Under the pieces are notes generated by a model that was given only the letters and a program-made list of their open reading frames with translations, did no database searches and was not told where the DNA came from. Source: Eledone cirrhosa (taxonomy: Eukaryota). From it: DNA of 64,000 nucleotides. The stretch lies in contig OZ024743.1 in the NCBI GenBank assembly GCA_964016885.1, forward strand, positions 273,482,001 to 273,546,000, written 5' to 3'. Below are positions 14,976 to 29,284 of the stretch, one piece after another; the first letter of the stretch is position 1; each line of letters begins with the position of its first letter. A program made the position numbers and the translations under genes.

Positions 14976-16848
14976 AAAGATGAATTTGGAAATAGCACGG
15001 GAGATATGTTTAAGGTCTGTTTTGTTTTTTTTTGATTCGTCAAAGTGACATTATTGAAAAGATGGTGTTATTAAAAAGATAGTGTTATTAAAAAAAGAGG
15101 GACAATTCTTTTTTGAAAATTCTTTTATGAAGAATATAAAGTTTATGAAAAAATTATCAGTTTCTATTTATTAAAATCCATCTTGTCAAATTCAGTGAAA
15201 AAAGTTAAATAAAAAGTGAGTAAAAAAAAAGGGTTTTAAGTTAAAATTAAAATCAAAAACGAATGTTGGAGCAAAATTTCTCCCATCATGCCTTCTGAAA
15301 AGTTGGCATGGAATGAGGCCAAGTTGTTTTGTTTAATCTAGTGGTCAATAGTTCAAAAGGGGGTAGGGAGTTGTAGGAGCTGACTACTGCTGTAGAAGCT
15401 CATTACTGTGGTAGGTTGGGATGTGTACACACACACACAGACACACACACACAAGAGTACACACATGTGAGTGTGTGCGTATATGTATGCATAAATATGT
15501 GTGCGTAGATATATGTGTGGGTTTGCTGTGTGTGTGTGTTTTTACAGTTTGTCTGTTAAAGTTACTTTTGTAGAGGGGAATTAAGAAAAAGGTATTTTCT
15601 CTCAAAAATTCAGGAAATTGGCAAAAGTTATGAGCTGAAATCCAAAGGATTCCCAGAATCCCAAAATTTAAAAATTAAAGAAGTTAAGAGAGTTAAGAGA
15701 ACTCTCCCAGGAAACTTCAAAAAATACCTTTCAAAAGAAACCTTAAGAAGTCTTTCTCTCCAAAAAATCATTCTTTAGAAAAAATTTTAAAAGATCTTAA
15801 AAAAGGCTCCCTTTGAAACGTATTTTTTGAAGGTTTTTTGGAAGCGTTCTCATAACTCTCTAAACTTCTTTCATTTTTTAATTTTGGGATTCTGCGAATC
15901 CTTTGGATTTAAGCTCTTAACGTTTGCCAATTTTTGAATTTTGGAGAGAGAAGAATTTTTTCTTTGTTCCCCTCTACAAAAGTAACTTTAACAGACAAAC
16001 TCTAAAAGCACACACAATTTTCTGAATTTTGTAGAAAAAATGTTATTTAATTCCCTCTGTGTATATATTTATTTATTTATTCTTTCATTTATATATATAC
16101 GCACTGTCTCTCGTTTTTTTAAAAGATTTTTTGAAGATCTTTTAAAAGTTTCTTCTAAAGAACAATTTTTGGGAGAGAAAGACTTCTTAAGGTTTCTTTT
16201 GAAAGGTAATTTTTGAAGTTTCTTGGGAGAGTTCTCTTAACTCTCTTAACTTCTTTAATTTAAAAATTTTTGGATTCTGGGATTTCAGCTCTTAACTTTT
16301 GCCAATTTCCTGAATTTTGGAGAGAAAATAACTTTTTCTTAATTCCCCTCTACAAAAGTAACTTTATAACATATATACGCACACATATTTATGCATACAT
16401 ATACGCACATGTGTGTGAGTGTGTAAACATCCTAACCTACCACAGTAGTCAGCTCCTACAACAGTAGTCAGACCCTAAAACACCCTACTCCCTTTTGAAC
16501 TACTGACCACTAGATTAAACAAAACAACTTGGCCTCATTCCATGCCAACTTTTCAGAAGGCATGTGGAAAGAAATTTTGCTCAAACATTCGTTTTTGATT
16601 TTAATTTTAATTTTAAACCCTTTTTTACTCTCTTTTTAATTAACTTTTTTTCACCGAATTTGACAAGATGGATTTTAATACATCGAAACCGGTAATTTTT
16701 TCATACACTTTATATACTTCTTAAAAATAATTTCAAAAATGAATTGTCCTTTTTTTAATAACACTATCTTTTCAATAATGTCACTTTGACGAATCAAAAA
16801 AGCAAAACAGACCCTTAAACATATCTCCCGTGCTATTTCCAACTTCAT

Positions 16849-16852
<4 letters not shown>
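14976..16852. repeat. Large imperfect fold-back element: arms ~14976-15800 and ~16120-16852, plus an internal partial inverted copy at ~15830-16015
   Basis: For example GGAAATAGCACGGGAGATATGTTTAAGG at ~14988 versus CCTTAAACATATCTCCCGTGCTATTTCC at ~16813. Flanked by microsatellites. Confidence 0.9.
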
Positions 16853-16911
<59 letters not shown>

Positions 16912-16986
16912 ATCTCTCTGTATATACATATATATGTATATATATATGTATATATATATGTATATATATATGTATATATATATATA

Positions 16987-17388
16987 TGGTGGCTGCCAAC
17001 TCGTTTTCGAGTACGGCCACTACTTTATATCCATGTAGGAGAACTCCTACTGATGCGCTAAACAAGTGTGACTTTTTAGTCCAGCCAGCGACTTGAAAAC
17101 TCTGGTACAAACACTACACTTGTGACAATTATTGACACATAGTGCTGGTACCATGTGATGACAAGTGCAGAGAGATCTCCAGATATAAAGCAATGCCTGT
17201 GCTGTGAAGCTTTTATAGTGAGGAAAGGCACTGCACAAAGCCAGTCCCACTCTCTTAACCAAGATGATATTTACCAAAAAGAAGAACAAGTCAACATCAT
17301 TGGATACCATCAGGGTTGCAGGTGTTATATCAGAGTTTTCCTTCTCCTAGAATTCTGCCTTGACAAAGGCTAAGGGGTCATCTCTCCC

Positions 17389-17389
<1 letters not shown>
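16987..17389 (-). mobile_element. RTE-derived bipartite non-autonomous element (SINE-like)
   Basis: The 5' end resembles an RTE 5' UTR (CTAGGAGAAGGAAAACTCTGAT). The 3' part encodes CSVCTRVFKSLAGLKSH, a C2H2 finger like that of the RTE ORF C-terminus. A second copy lies at 50743. Confidence 0.7.
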
Positions 17390-17460
<71 letters not shown>

Positions 17461-20422
17461 ATATACATATGTGTGTGTATGTGTTTGTATGTATGTATGT
17501 ATGTTTTTGTATGTATGTATGAATGTATAACTACTCTAAAAGATTGACTGTTTCCCCCTTAGGTAGGAATATCAGGTTTACCTGAAATATACTCTTTTAC
17601 AGATTGGAACATGTACATGAGCATCTGTTCCAATCGTGAGAGTATTTACATGAATATTTTGTATCTATTTACACTTACTTTTACGATCAAAGTGTTTGAT
17701 TGGGAGAAAAGAACATCGTGAATATCTAAATGCACATATATGATGGAAAGAGAAGGGAGGAGCATTTAGTCAGAGAAAGCAAAAGAACAAGCTTCCGAAA
17801 ATAGAGTGCGATAGTAACGCGGTAAATTTAGAAACTCGGTGTCATCGCAAATAGGCCGGACAAAACCCCAAAGAAATCTCTTATATATAGAGGTAATGAC
17901 ACAACAGACCATAAGTAATATATGCGTAAACAGATACACACTCTTGTTGTACAGAGAAGTGATATACACAAATAAACTGAGGGGAAGAGATTTGATTTGG
18001 ATGTTAATAAAGATAAAGTAAGACAGCTTCTTCAGTTGCTAAATAACTGCCAAGCTTGTCAACAAAATTGTCTTTTGGGATGTATGAATAAGCTGAGTGC
18101 TGACATAATCAATAACAAAAAGTGAAAATGGCTGTCAATGTTTCCATGGCTGCGGTGTTTCAGTTTGCTGATATATCCATGCTTAACACTGAATAATATG
18201 GTGCGAAAAGAATATTATCTTTTCCTCGTATTAAAATAGAGGATTTATCTTAATAACAGAAATGGTAAATATACGTATTAAGCGACATATTACCGGATTG
18301 GTAATTTCTGTACGCTGTAATCTCCATCAGTATTCCCTTTACTCTTGTGCATTTCCATCTTTCCATTCACATCATTATCTAGTTCTTCACCTATCTTCCC
18401 ATTTCACTCACACTCTATTTTACTCAACCCCTGAGGATTTGCTTTTATTATATTCTAGTGCATTCTTCCAAGTGAATATAATTCTGTTGTAGAGATTTAA
18501 TTTGTTTTAGGTCTGTTGAGCAAGATTTATTTGGTGTATAAACGTTAGATTCCTGCATTGTACCAAATTATATGAATTTACAGTTTTGGCTGACCATTTA
18601 TATGTAACATTTTCTTTTAACTTATTAATATCTATATATTAGAGTACGGAGTATGTATGGGAAGTATCACATTGTATAGCATTCGTCTAGTGAAACATAC
18701 ACCCTTTCCATATGACACTCAACACGAACACAGCAATCCTATAACACACTATATAAGCCATATAAAGAAATGTCTGACACGTGTCATCGCATGGAATCTA
18801 TAGCTCCATACTATTAGCTCTGAACAGAGCGCGGAACACTTTGAGAATATCAATCGTTTACAATATTGGAGGCAAACCTATATTATATAAAATTGACAGG
18901 GTTGATATATACTGTTTATGATTTCTTCCCATTTCATTCTCCAATTCAAATTTCTAAATTTTGAGCACAAAGTTATTTGCTATGAACTCCTAGATATTTT
19001 GGGTTTGAAGATATTCATTTCCCAATAGAATGCCGCTTAATTACCATTCAAATAACGATAAACCACTGGCAGAAATTCCGTAAGGAAGAATATGAGGCTA
19101 GCTGAGGCTAACAAAATAGCAATATAGTAAAATACATTTCAGTTTTAATGAGACAGTGCTGCCTATAATGATGATCTGTTTTACCCAGTCGTACTTAATG
19201 CTATTATATAGACAATGTAGAAGAAATGCATATTTGATCTTGTATACCTCCACAATATGTGGATCTTCATTTTATGGTTGACAAATTAATGAATCAACAT
19301 TGCTCATTAGATGTTTCAGTCTTTGTTTAAATTTTGCATTATACAACACCGAATGTCACATTGAGATTAGATTCTGCTTCAACAATCAGAAACTGTTGGG
19401 AGAAATATATCATATACTGACACACTTTAATTACGTTAGCTCTAAACCATTTAAACAGATGAAGGTGAGTGCCGCTGTAGTAATTCATTGAAAATGAATA
19501 TACGGTACGTGGATAAAGACGACTGTTAAATGTTTAGTCTAGGAATTTGATTCGCTGTGAAGGTACTTGAGTAATTAGCCTCGTGACACTTGTAATTATT
19601 AAATTATTTTAGACAGCCTCTCATAGACTAATTGCTTCTGACAAGCATCAATATCGGTTTTTGGTTTTTGATACCAGATTTACACTATATTTTGCATAAC
19701 TTGAAATACACCATAACATTATTAAACATATAGGATTTGATCTCAGAGACAGCTGAAAATGAAGTACTTTAAAGTTTTTATACAATCTTTGTAAAATTAA
19801 ATTTATTTACTTTTAGTACACTGAAGACCAATAACATCAGTACTGTTCTTCTATGATTTATAACACTGAAGACTCTGTTGATCTATGTTGATTATAATAT
19901 GTTAATCAGATTTTGTATGTTTTTCATTTCTTTTCTGAATTTTAGAAAGAGATCTATTATGTTATGTGTTTTTGTTTATTTGTTTGCTTTTTTGTCTTTG
20001 TTGTTGTTGTTTTTTTTGGGGGGAGGGGGGGGGGGCTTATCGAAACGATTGTCAAATATAATCAGGCTGTTAAAAATTCCTTATACCATTTCTTTGCTAT
20101 TTCATATAAGGTTTCCCAAAATATCAGCTATTTAAAGTTTTAATAGATTATTGAATCATGCAATTCCAATATGATACAATTAGCGTGCGTCACACACTTT
20201 CAGAGTGTATCATTAAGTCATAAATGTCTTTTGTTTTAATCTCATTGCTTATCTCTAGCTCTTTCTATGACTTATTTGTTATTCATAATCTACCTCTTCT
20301 TCAACCATGTTTTTGGCATAGTCTATTTCACTGTAGTTCTACTTTTTAGTTGCAAACCGCCGTCATTTCACTCAGTTCGTCTCGTTTCATTTCAATATAA
20401 TTCTCTGCGCTGAATTCATACA

Positions 20423-20464
<42 letters not shown>

Positions 20465-22810
20465 TTTTTTCTTTTGCTAAATATGTATTGCATAATGTGT
20501 CCAGTGATGTAACGATGTTTTGTTTATATATAAAATTAACATTGTAAAACAAACGATAAACAAAGAACAACACAATTGCCAATTTTTAAGTTTGACTGCA
20601 AACTCATTTTTTTTATATTAAAGTATGAGATTAAAGACTAGATGCATATTAACACGTCGCGGTTAAGATAACTAAGAGAAATGTTACATGTTTTAATGCC
20701 ATGCTCCGTTAACATTACAAATCTTTACATATATCGGTTCAATCCATCAAACATTAACGGGATAATTATCATACTGTTCTGTTGAATATTTCACATTGTT
20801 AACGTTTAATACAACCAGTGGAGCGACATTTATTAATGCATTTAAAGGGCATATAGCTGTAAATAAATAAATTGTATAGAATCACAAGCAATCAAATTGA
20901 TCTAAAAATGAGAATAAACATTTAATTAGCTTGCCAAACAAATCGTTCATGTTGTTCTAAATGAGACGGATCCCAACTTGATATACAATGGAAAAGATGA
21001 AGTAGGACACATTTCTTCCATCGTGCACATCTTTGGAAACAGTGCGTAACAGCGGAGAAAAACGAATTGAATGTTTTTCTCACTAGCCTAACAGTTGCAT
21101 ATCATCAAACTATTCAGATTGTTACAGATGTATTTATTCAAGAGAAAATAACTTAATGCAAAGCAAAGTTAGGTGTATATTGTAGGGGTGTACATTTAGC
21201 GATTTACATGGGTTGATGTCCATCGTTTTTGTAATCACTCCAATCATTTGGAAGCTCTTTTCTCTAATATGTTTGCATAATGCGATTAAACATAACATAG
21301 CAAAATAACACTTTATTTGCAGTAATATTTCACGTGGTTTATTTAATTGTTTCATATAAAACGATTTCTCTTTTCAAACCACATTGGATGCTCTTAATGA
21401 TTTTCTTTATTTCATCATATTTTATTTGCATTTATTTAAATTCTATTATTCTATTTACTAATATAAAACGCGATTCTCTAAACAATATCTGTAGGAAGGA
21501 AACATAATATTGAAATAATCTCTGCTGTTATTTATACAGGAAATCACCAATGAAATAATTGATTAGCAGCTGAAAAACCAATAACATAATCAGAGAAGCC
21601 TAATGACAAACATATATTGAATAACAAGGTTTTAGTCAGTGTCTACCGTAAATTGAAAATAACGATATGTCACTTATTTGTCCAACAACCCATTAAAATC
21701 GACAGACATAGAATTACAGACGCTTTATATATTGTGACTTGAAATAATTACGAATTGCTTATAACCTGAAGTAGTCGAATTATTATAGCACTTATTATAT
21801 TTAATATTTTGGCATCTTTATGTACATAATACGTATATAGGTGATATTTGTATGAAGTATATATGTTAATGGAAACTTAGTCTATAGGACAGCTAGGTAT
21901 CTAAGAGAAAATACGTTGCATATATCTACATTAGTAGAAACGCAGCAAAGCCCACAGTACAGTAAAAGTCCCAGTGAGTTTAATACGCCTACTGGGTTCG
22001 GTGTTTACTTGTATGCATTGCATTTCGATCATGCCTATTATTCCTGTGGCAAAGCTACGCAAGAAATATTATCTCATCCCCGTTATAATGTCAATGTGTT
22101 GTGTTTAGTAAACAAATCAATATCATACTTGAACGAGTAATGGTATAATCACTAATGGGTAGGGTTCAATATAACAATTTCAGCATAACAGTAACTATTC
22201 ATCATCAACATAGAATACACTAAAAGGGTTAATCTCTAGGGTATAGCTGCATTATATATGAATGAACAGGTAAAGAGTAGAACATGCAAAACATTTAGTT
22301 ACAAGAATTACAACTCCGAATTAACATGAATCTCAAGAGCAAAGCGTAAAACGTATTTATCCTCGAATTTTACCAGGAGCTAATTTCCTTATTTCAGTAT
22401 GATACAAACGTAGATAATTGGGGTCTAAAGATAACTATGTAATCTATTATTTAACATATTGTTCGGTATCAGTTAAACCTGATGTAGCATATCAGACGTT
22501 TTCGTTAGACGAAAAGAAAACTGGGAGATGTCAAATTTAGAAGAACGCAAAGGAGATATGTATAAAAAGTAAATGTTAAAATATTATAAATCATTGTCTG
22601 TGGTGTACTCCAAATATACTGCTTTAGGTTGTTCTCACACTCATCACGCACTTTTATTCGTAGTGATCAAACATTGTTCACTATCAAATCAGATAGTAGT
22701 ATAACTTCAATTTGAAAAATAAGCATGTTAATTTTTAGTGTTCCTTAGGGTGTCTTTGTACATATCTGCATCCACGCTAATTATATATATCTACGAAAAA
22801 TATACGAAAA

Positions 22811-22924
<114 letters not shown>

Positions 22925-23439
22925 CATACGAAGAGACTCAATGAAGATATAATAATATATTAGTTCCGTGCGTAATATTGTAGGAATAGTCTTAACATTG
23001 CGGAGGTAATTCCCTCATCGGTATAATAAATGAAAAATCAAAGAAGAAATAAAAAAGATAGGTGAGTCAGTAGGGGCAGAAAGAAAATATATACTTTGAG
23101 GAAAAGTAGGTCTGTTCATTTTACCATCTCTTGGAAAACAGTTATAGGAACGTTTTTGCTATAGGAAGTTCAATTGGCTGTCTGTTGAAAGGCAGTGACC
23201 AAAGACGCCTATATCATGCTGAAAAAGAAACAAGCCTTTTTATATTTAGAGTGGATATATGTCTGTGTTTTTGGTGTTTCGCTGTATGAAGCTGTGAGGA
23301 TATGTGTGTGTGCATGTTTGTTATTGGTCTATACAAAACTGTGTGAGTATGTGTTTCTGATCGAAATAAAGTCGCAGGAAACAAGGGGTGGCTGTGTGCA
23401 CGTGTGACAACGGATGAAGGTACTGGTGTTGAAGTGGCG

Positions 23440-24085
23440 AATACTGAAAGAACTGTTAGTTCCCGTGAGAGAGGTGAAGCTGTAAATGAAGGGACAGGGA
23501 TTAGGGCAAGTGTGAGAAATGTGTCGTAGACCAGGACGTATGCTAGAGATTTTGCATCAGTAGGTCATGGACGTTACGGGCTCGGTTAAAGTGCTGACAA
23601 GTGTGTTGCGAAAGAATCCAGAAGTCACGGAGTCAGCAGTGAGGGTGAGCAAGCGAAGGAGGATGTTGTACCACAGAAGTAGGGTGATGGGGTGATGGAT
23701 AGGGGAAAAGGAAGGCGGGTGTTGGAAGTAAGTCTTAGCCTAATAGGGCTGTGGTACAGTTGGTGTCATGGGCGCGGCTGAGTGTCCCATCGATCAGGGG
23801 TGAGACATGCATGCTGCATGAAGCAAGAGTCCATATGTTGTGACTCGAAATCGAGGCCCTGGCTTCAGAACCGACGATGACGGAGGAATAGGGAGTAGAG
23901 TGTAGAATGTGTGGTGTGTCAGTGGGTTTATAGCAGATGGGAAATGATAACTGGTGAGGGAAGTGGCGCCGATGCAGTGCTCGATGTAACGGACGAATAA
24001 CTCGGGGTTAGGTCCAGTATGGTGGGGGAAGATTTGAGATTCTATGTAGGCTACTCCAAAATATTGTTGATAATACTCCCCAGAA
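23440..24085 (-). mobile_element. Internally deleted PLE remnant (Poseidon/Neptune-like RT pieces)
   Basis: SGEYYQQYFGVA / YIESQIFPHHTGPNPELFVRYIEHCIGATS resembles PLE RT GEYYQQxxGVAMG..RYIDDCIGATS. Downstream CPFIYSFTSLTG resembles the GIY-YIG linker. Confidence 0.65.
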
Positions 24086-24094
24086 ACACAAAAG

Positions 24095-24168
24095 GCAGCC
24101 AAGGAATTGAACCCATGGCGTTATGATAGTAAGTCCAACACCCTTACCACTAGGCCACGTGACTCCAC
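24095..24168 (-). mobile_element. tRNA-like SINE head
   Basis: The minus strand has A-box GTGGCCTAGTGGTAAG and B-box GGGTTCAATTCC but no complete tRNA cloverleaf. Confidence 0.6.
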
Positions 24169-24296
24169 TATATATATATACGTATAGTTAGCACCCCAAA
24201 CGTATAATTGGGATTATACTAAGGTATATCCTAATATTTGTTGAGTGAGACGGAAGTCAGTCGGAGTATTGCCTAAAGCTTTCTCTGTTAATGTAT

Positions 24297-24364
<68 letters not shown>

Positions 24365-24397
24365 TATATATTTATATATATATATACACACAAATAT

Positions 24398-24445
<48 letters not shown>

Positions 24446-24623
24446 GCAAACATCACGAGAGTTCTATCTCAAAATTATTTTTGAAAAGCATTAGAAATGC
24501 GCAACCGGTAAAAACTTAAAACTAAAACTGAATACTAACCAACACTTATTATTAATTTATATTTATTCCTAATTAAACTATTTTTCACTGGGGAAAAAAT
24601 GTCAGCATTTTGTTTTCCTTTTA

Positions 24624-24667
<44 letters not shown>

Positions 24668-24671
<4 letters not shown>

Positions 24672-25408
24672 AACATAAATTATCGAGATTCGCATTTCGG
24701 CCCACGAAATAACGAAAAACAACCTACGAGATGTGCGGCAAGTGCTCAATGATTCAGATGAACCAGAGCTATAACCAACGTTAAAGGCCAAACACACTGA
24801 GACGATGGTTAAACAATCATTCGCATAGCCAAACAAAAAACGATCAAGTAATTCGGGTATTGAAAATTTACCCGGACCCCTGGAAGGTTGGTAAAATCCA
24901 GTATATGGGTTTCTGCGACTCCTAAATCAAGTACCGTCCGCTTACATAAATAATGTCAGGCTTCTGGTAAGATGATTGAACAAGGAAGCCACTTTCTCAA
25001 CAGGTTTTAGTTCAATGTTAATACAAGGACTGACTATTGCTGACCCCACGTGGGGGTCGTCGGCAAGGGAGGCATACCCTATATCAGGCGAATGAATTAA
25101 GTTGTGTATATTTTTGCAAGAATGCAAAAACATCACAAATCGAATAGAGTTCTCAACAGAAGGGTTAAAATTAACATAAGGTATTCATCAGTCAATAGAA
25201 TCAACTATAAAATCAAGAAAATTAACTGGTCAATAGCTAGAGTCTGGAGAATAATACAAACATAGATTATCGAGATTCGCATTTCGGCCCACGAAATAAC
25301 GAAAATCAACCTTCGAGATGTGCGGCAAGTGCTCAATGATTCAGATGAACCAGAGCTATAACAAACGTTAAAGGCCAAACACACTGAGACGATGGTTAAA
25401 CAATCATT

Positions 25409-25412
<4 letters not shown>
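24668..25412. mobile_element. Non-coding element with ~158-bp direct terminal repeats (24668-24825 and 25255-25412) embedded in (TA)n
   Basis: The repeats differ at only a few positions and enclose a ~430-bp interior. Confidence 0.8.
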
Positions 25413-25459
<47 letters not shown>

Positions 25460-25696
25460 AGTGTACTTTCTCTTTTGAATTAGATATGTGCACACACAAA
25501 GAATAGAATCAGAATTGGAATTTTAAACATTATTGCACAAGAATGTATTTGCAAAGCTGTCTAAACGTAATGTTATAACTCTAGGGTTATATACCCCATC
25601 CGAGTGCTTAGCTGCACACCGAAACTGCATTCGTTAGCTTGACTGCAACCCTGGCTTCGTTGATGCTGTACTAAATTTTATATATATATATATATA

Positions 25697-26190
25697 TAAC
25701 GAATGAGTTGTGGTAAGGAACCAGATGGCCCATAACACACCAGCGTATTCAATACTTAGGGTAGTAAAGTTGGTAATAGGAAAAAGTATGACCCCGAAGG
25801 CAGAGCTCAAACTGTTTCGACGGGTATTTCTCGAAACGGCTTGAGCTCTGCCGTTGGGATCATACTTTTACCTATATATATATATATATATATATAGGTA
25901 AAAGTATGACCCCGACGGCAGAGCTCAATCCGTTTCGAGAAATACCCGTCGAAACGGCTTGAGCTCTGCCGTTGAGATCATACTTTTACCTATATATATA
26001 TATATATATATATAGGTAAAAGTATGACCCCGACGGCAGAGCTCAATCCGTTTCGAGAAATACCCGTCGAAACGGCTTGAGCTCTGCCGTCGGGGTCATA
26101 CTTTTTCCTATTACCAACTTTACTACCCTAAGCATTGAGTACTCCGGTGTGTTATTGTCCATCTGGTTCCTTACCACAACTCATTCGTTA
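25697..26190. repeat. Alternating-orientation array of six family A fragments
   Basis: Minus, plus, (TA)n, minus, plus, (TA)n, minus, plus copies of GAAACGGCTTGAGCTCTGCCGTCGGGGTCATACTTTT. Confidence 0.9.
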
Positions 26191-27035
26191 TATATCTATA
26201 TATCTTGGTTTTTCTGCATTTTCTCGTATCCTTTTCACACCTCTCATTATTATACTTATAATATACGTACCCAAAAATCATTCTAACACCATTATTTTCC
26301 ATAACAAATGTGAATAATATATAGCAAAACATTTATAATATTTTATTAGGTACCAATAAATGAATCCCTGAAAATTACTTCATTTATTCAGATAAGAGGT
26401 CAGTTGTATACTATAGAAAATCACTAGAAATGTTCAGCATTACTGCACTCACTTGCTACAGATTAAAATTATATTAGTCATTGATCGAAAGTTTTTCTTC
26501 TCTTTACATCATACTTATTATTAATTATTATTGTTTTCTGTTGCTGTTCAGCAAATCATGTATAAACACCTAAAGTGATTGATTGATTTTATGGAGTGTT
26601 CCGGTATATTTTCTGTCAGTTACTATATGAATCAGTCTCCAAGTATATATCCGAGTATAGAAAGTTTATATCAGGAAAGGCTTTTCCGTGATAAACTTTA
26701 TCCTCTTTCTCATTATGATTGCTACATCGGTGCTTTTATTTCTGCTCTTTTGATGCTTATTCGCGCTATTTTCTTTGTCACTGTCCATCTTCCTTAATTC
26801 AAAAACAGAAATAACTTTAGAACAACAACTACATTCGATAAAAACAACAAATCCTCCATCTCAATTCTACTTTTGAAATTTTGAAAAGCATAAGAGCTGT
26901 GAAACCGGTAAAGGAAATAAATAAATATTCTTTTAAAGATTCCAGTTGCATTTTCGATTTCCTTTTCTTATACTTTCACCCGTGTAGGGCATTTTTAAAA
27001 AAAACACCTCATTTTCTTATATTATATATATATAT

Positions 27036-27226
27036 AGGGCGGTGGAATAGCAATATCGGTAGAGGGTCGGACGCCATGATTTGCAGCATAGAGTAACGCT
27101 CTTTACAGTCTGAGTTCAAATCCCGCCGAGGTTAACTTTGCCTTTCATCCTTACGGGGTCGATTAAATAAAGTAGCAGTAATACACTGGTTAATTACTGG
27201 CCTTGTGCCAAAAGTAGAAACAATTA
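27036..27226 (+). mobile_element. tRNA-derived SINE, full length (octopod-like family)
   Basis: A-box-like GGTGGAATAGCAATATCGG, B-box GAGTTCAAATCC, conserved body ACTTTGCCTTTCATCCTTACGGGGTCGAT and a tail running into (TA)n. Confidence 0.85.
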
Positions 27227-27317
27227 TATATATATATATATAAACACACATACAAACATGGACACACACACACACGCTCATATATACATATATACACACA
27301 CCACACACACACACACT

Positions 27318-27409
<92 letters not shown>

Positions 27410-27978
27410 CATACATATATATGTGTATATATCGAGAGAGCAGATGGAACGACAAGAGCTCAGCCTTCGGGCTCCCGACTCTTTCATATATATATATATA
27501 ATTTCTTTTAAATTTTCCTCTTTCTATTCCAAAATGTGGTCTTTCTATATTATGTGTACATTTTCCCCTTTTCTATAAGACTCCTTATTATTTTTGCAAT
27601 CCTCTTTATATCTTTATATCTGCACACTATCCACCCGACATACACCGTTGTGTAGTTGTGAGTATTTTCTCTTGCGTTAATATGTTAGGTTTTATATCTC
27701 ATCATAACATTTCCAAATCCAGCTAAATGAAACAAAACACAAAGCGTAAAACAAATTTACACTCATCGTGAACATATTTAATACTTCTTAGTTTGGACAG
27801 GGATTGTCAGATCAATAAAATAAACTTATATTGAAAGCAGCATATTAAAAAATAAGATATAATTTCTCTCAGCAGAAATTTTGAATATCCAGAGAATCAT
27901 TATATTTTCAGTGTTGCAGTAACAAATTATATTGATGACAAATTTAAGGATGCACGAATACACAAATATACACGGTCG

Positions 27979-28052
<74 letters not shown>

Positions 28053-28053
28053 C

Positions 28054-28112
<59 letters not shown>

Positions 28113-28184
28113 TATATAAATACATATATATGTACATATATGTATATATATATATGTATGTATATAAACATATATGTGCTTGTA

Positions 28185-28250
<66 letters not shown>

Positions 28251-29284
28251 TATATATGTGTGTTTATATATTGTGTGCCTGTCCGTCTATGTGCGTGCTA
28301 CGAGATTATGTATACCTTTGTGGAATTGATCATTAGCGTGATATCGTAATAGAAGCAGATAATCTACAACTATATGCGGAAATAATTATCTTTAAAACTG
28401 TGAAGGGTGAGAGGGAAAAAAAACTTATTCGTTAAAACTCGCCGATGTTTTGATCAGCACCGTTTGTCTGAAATGTTATATGTCATGCGTTCAGGAGATT
28501 ATTAGACTGGATAGACTATGCGTATATTTATATTTTTTCGTCTACTAATAAACAAACGAATTCATAAACAGACATATTATGTTTAATGGCAACATGGGAT
28601 TCTCGCTTTTTAATTTGCTGGCACAAATAATAGACACAGAAATCTGAAAAATCGCTAAGCTGACAAAAACAAAATAAGTTGTGCCGTACTTTATATATTA
28701 CAAAACTGACACCACAACACATTTATACAATCACACCAATCTTTTTGTAAAGTTAACAAACACGCATACACTTGTCCTATATTTTTCTTTGGTTAGTAAA
28801 AAGAGTAAAACATAACCTATTACTTTATTTCGTGCAAAAAACATCAACATTAATTAGCAGTTATTTATAGATTGTATACAATTATATGTTATTTTCCTTT
28901 TGTTTTAAAAAAGAAGTATAAATTCTGTCATGATCTTATAGCAAAAAGAGTTCATTGGGAGGTGTGCAAAAAATAAAACATGGAAACGCAATGTCAGTGG
29001 TATGTACATACTCCTTTTGAATCTTGCCTATCAGGTGAAGGAGTAGAGATGTTTTGGGATCTTGAGATATGGACCACAAACAACTCCCTTCATGTTATTA
29101 CGTGTGCTACGACTTGCAGCTTATGAAAATGTGTGTTGGGGCTATGGTTATGTATTTATCTACATCTTCTTTCATCGTTTCAAAGCATATAATCATAGTA
29201 GGTGGCTTGCGTTTTCATTCTCATATACTAGTTACCAATATGTTCCAATATATATACAGTTCTAACCTGTGGCTCCAAGAAGAT

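Noticed and set aside
24095-24168. Possible tRNA gene
   Set aside because: A and B boxes are present but the acceptor and anticodon stems do not pair, so it is treated as a SINE head.
25697-26190. CRISPR-like repeat-spacer array
   Set aside because: The context is eukaryotic, the repeats alternate in orientation, the spacers are (TA)n and there are no cas genes.
29020-29105. Possible small exon after a pyrimidine tract and AG (similar cases at ~4620 and ~31092)
   Set aside because: There is no recognisable protein and the donor sites are weak. It cannot be supported without transcript data.
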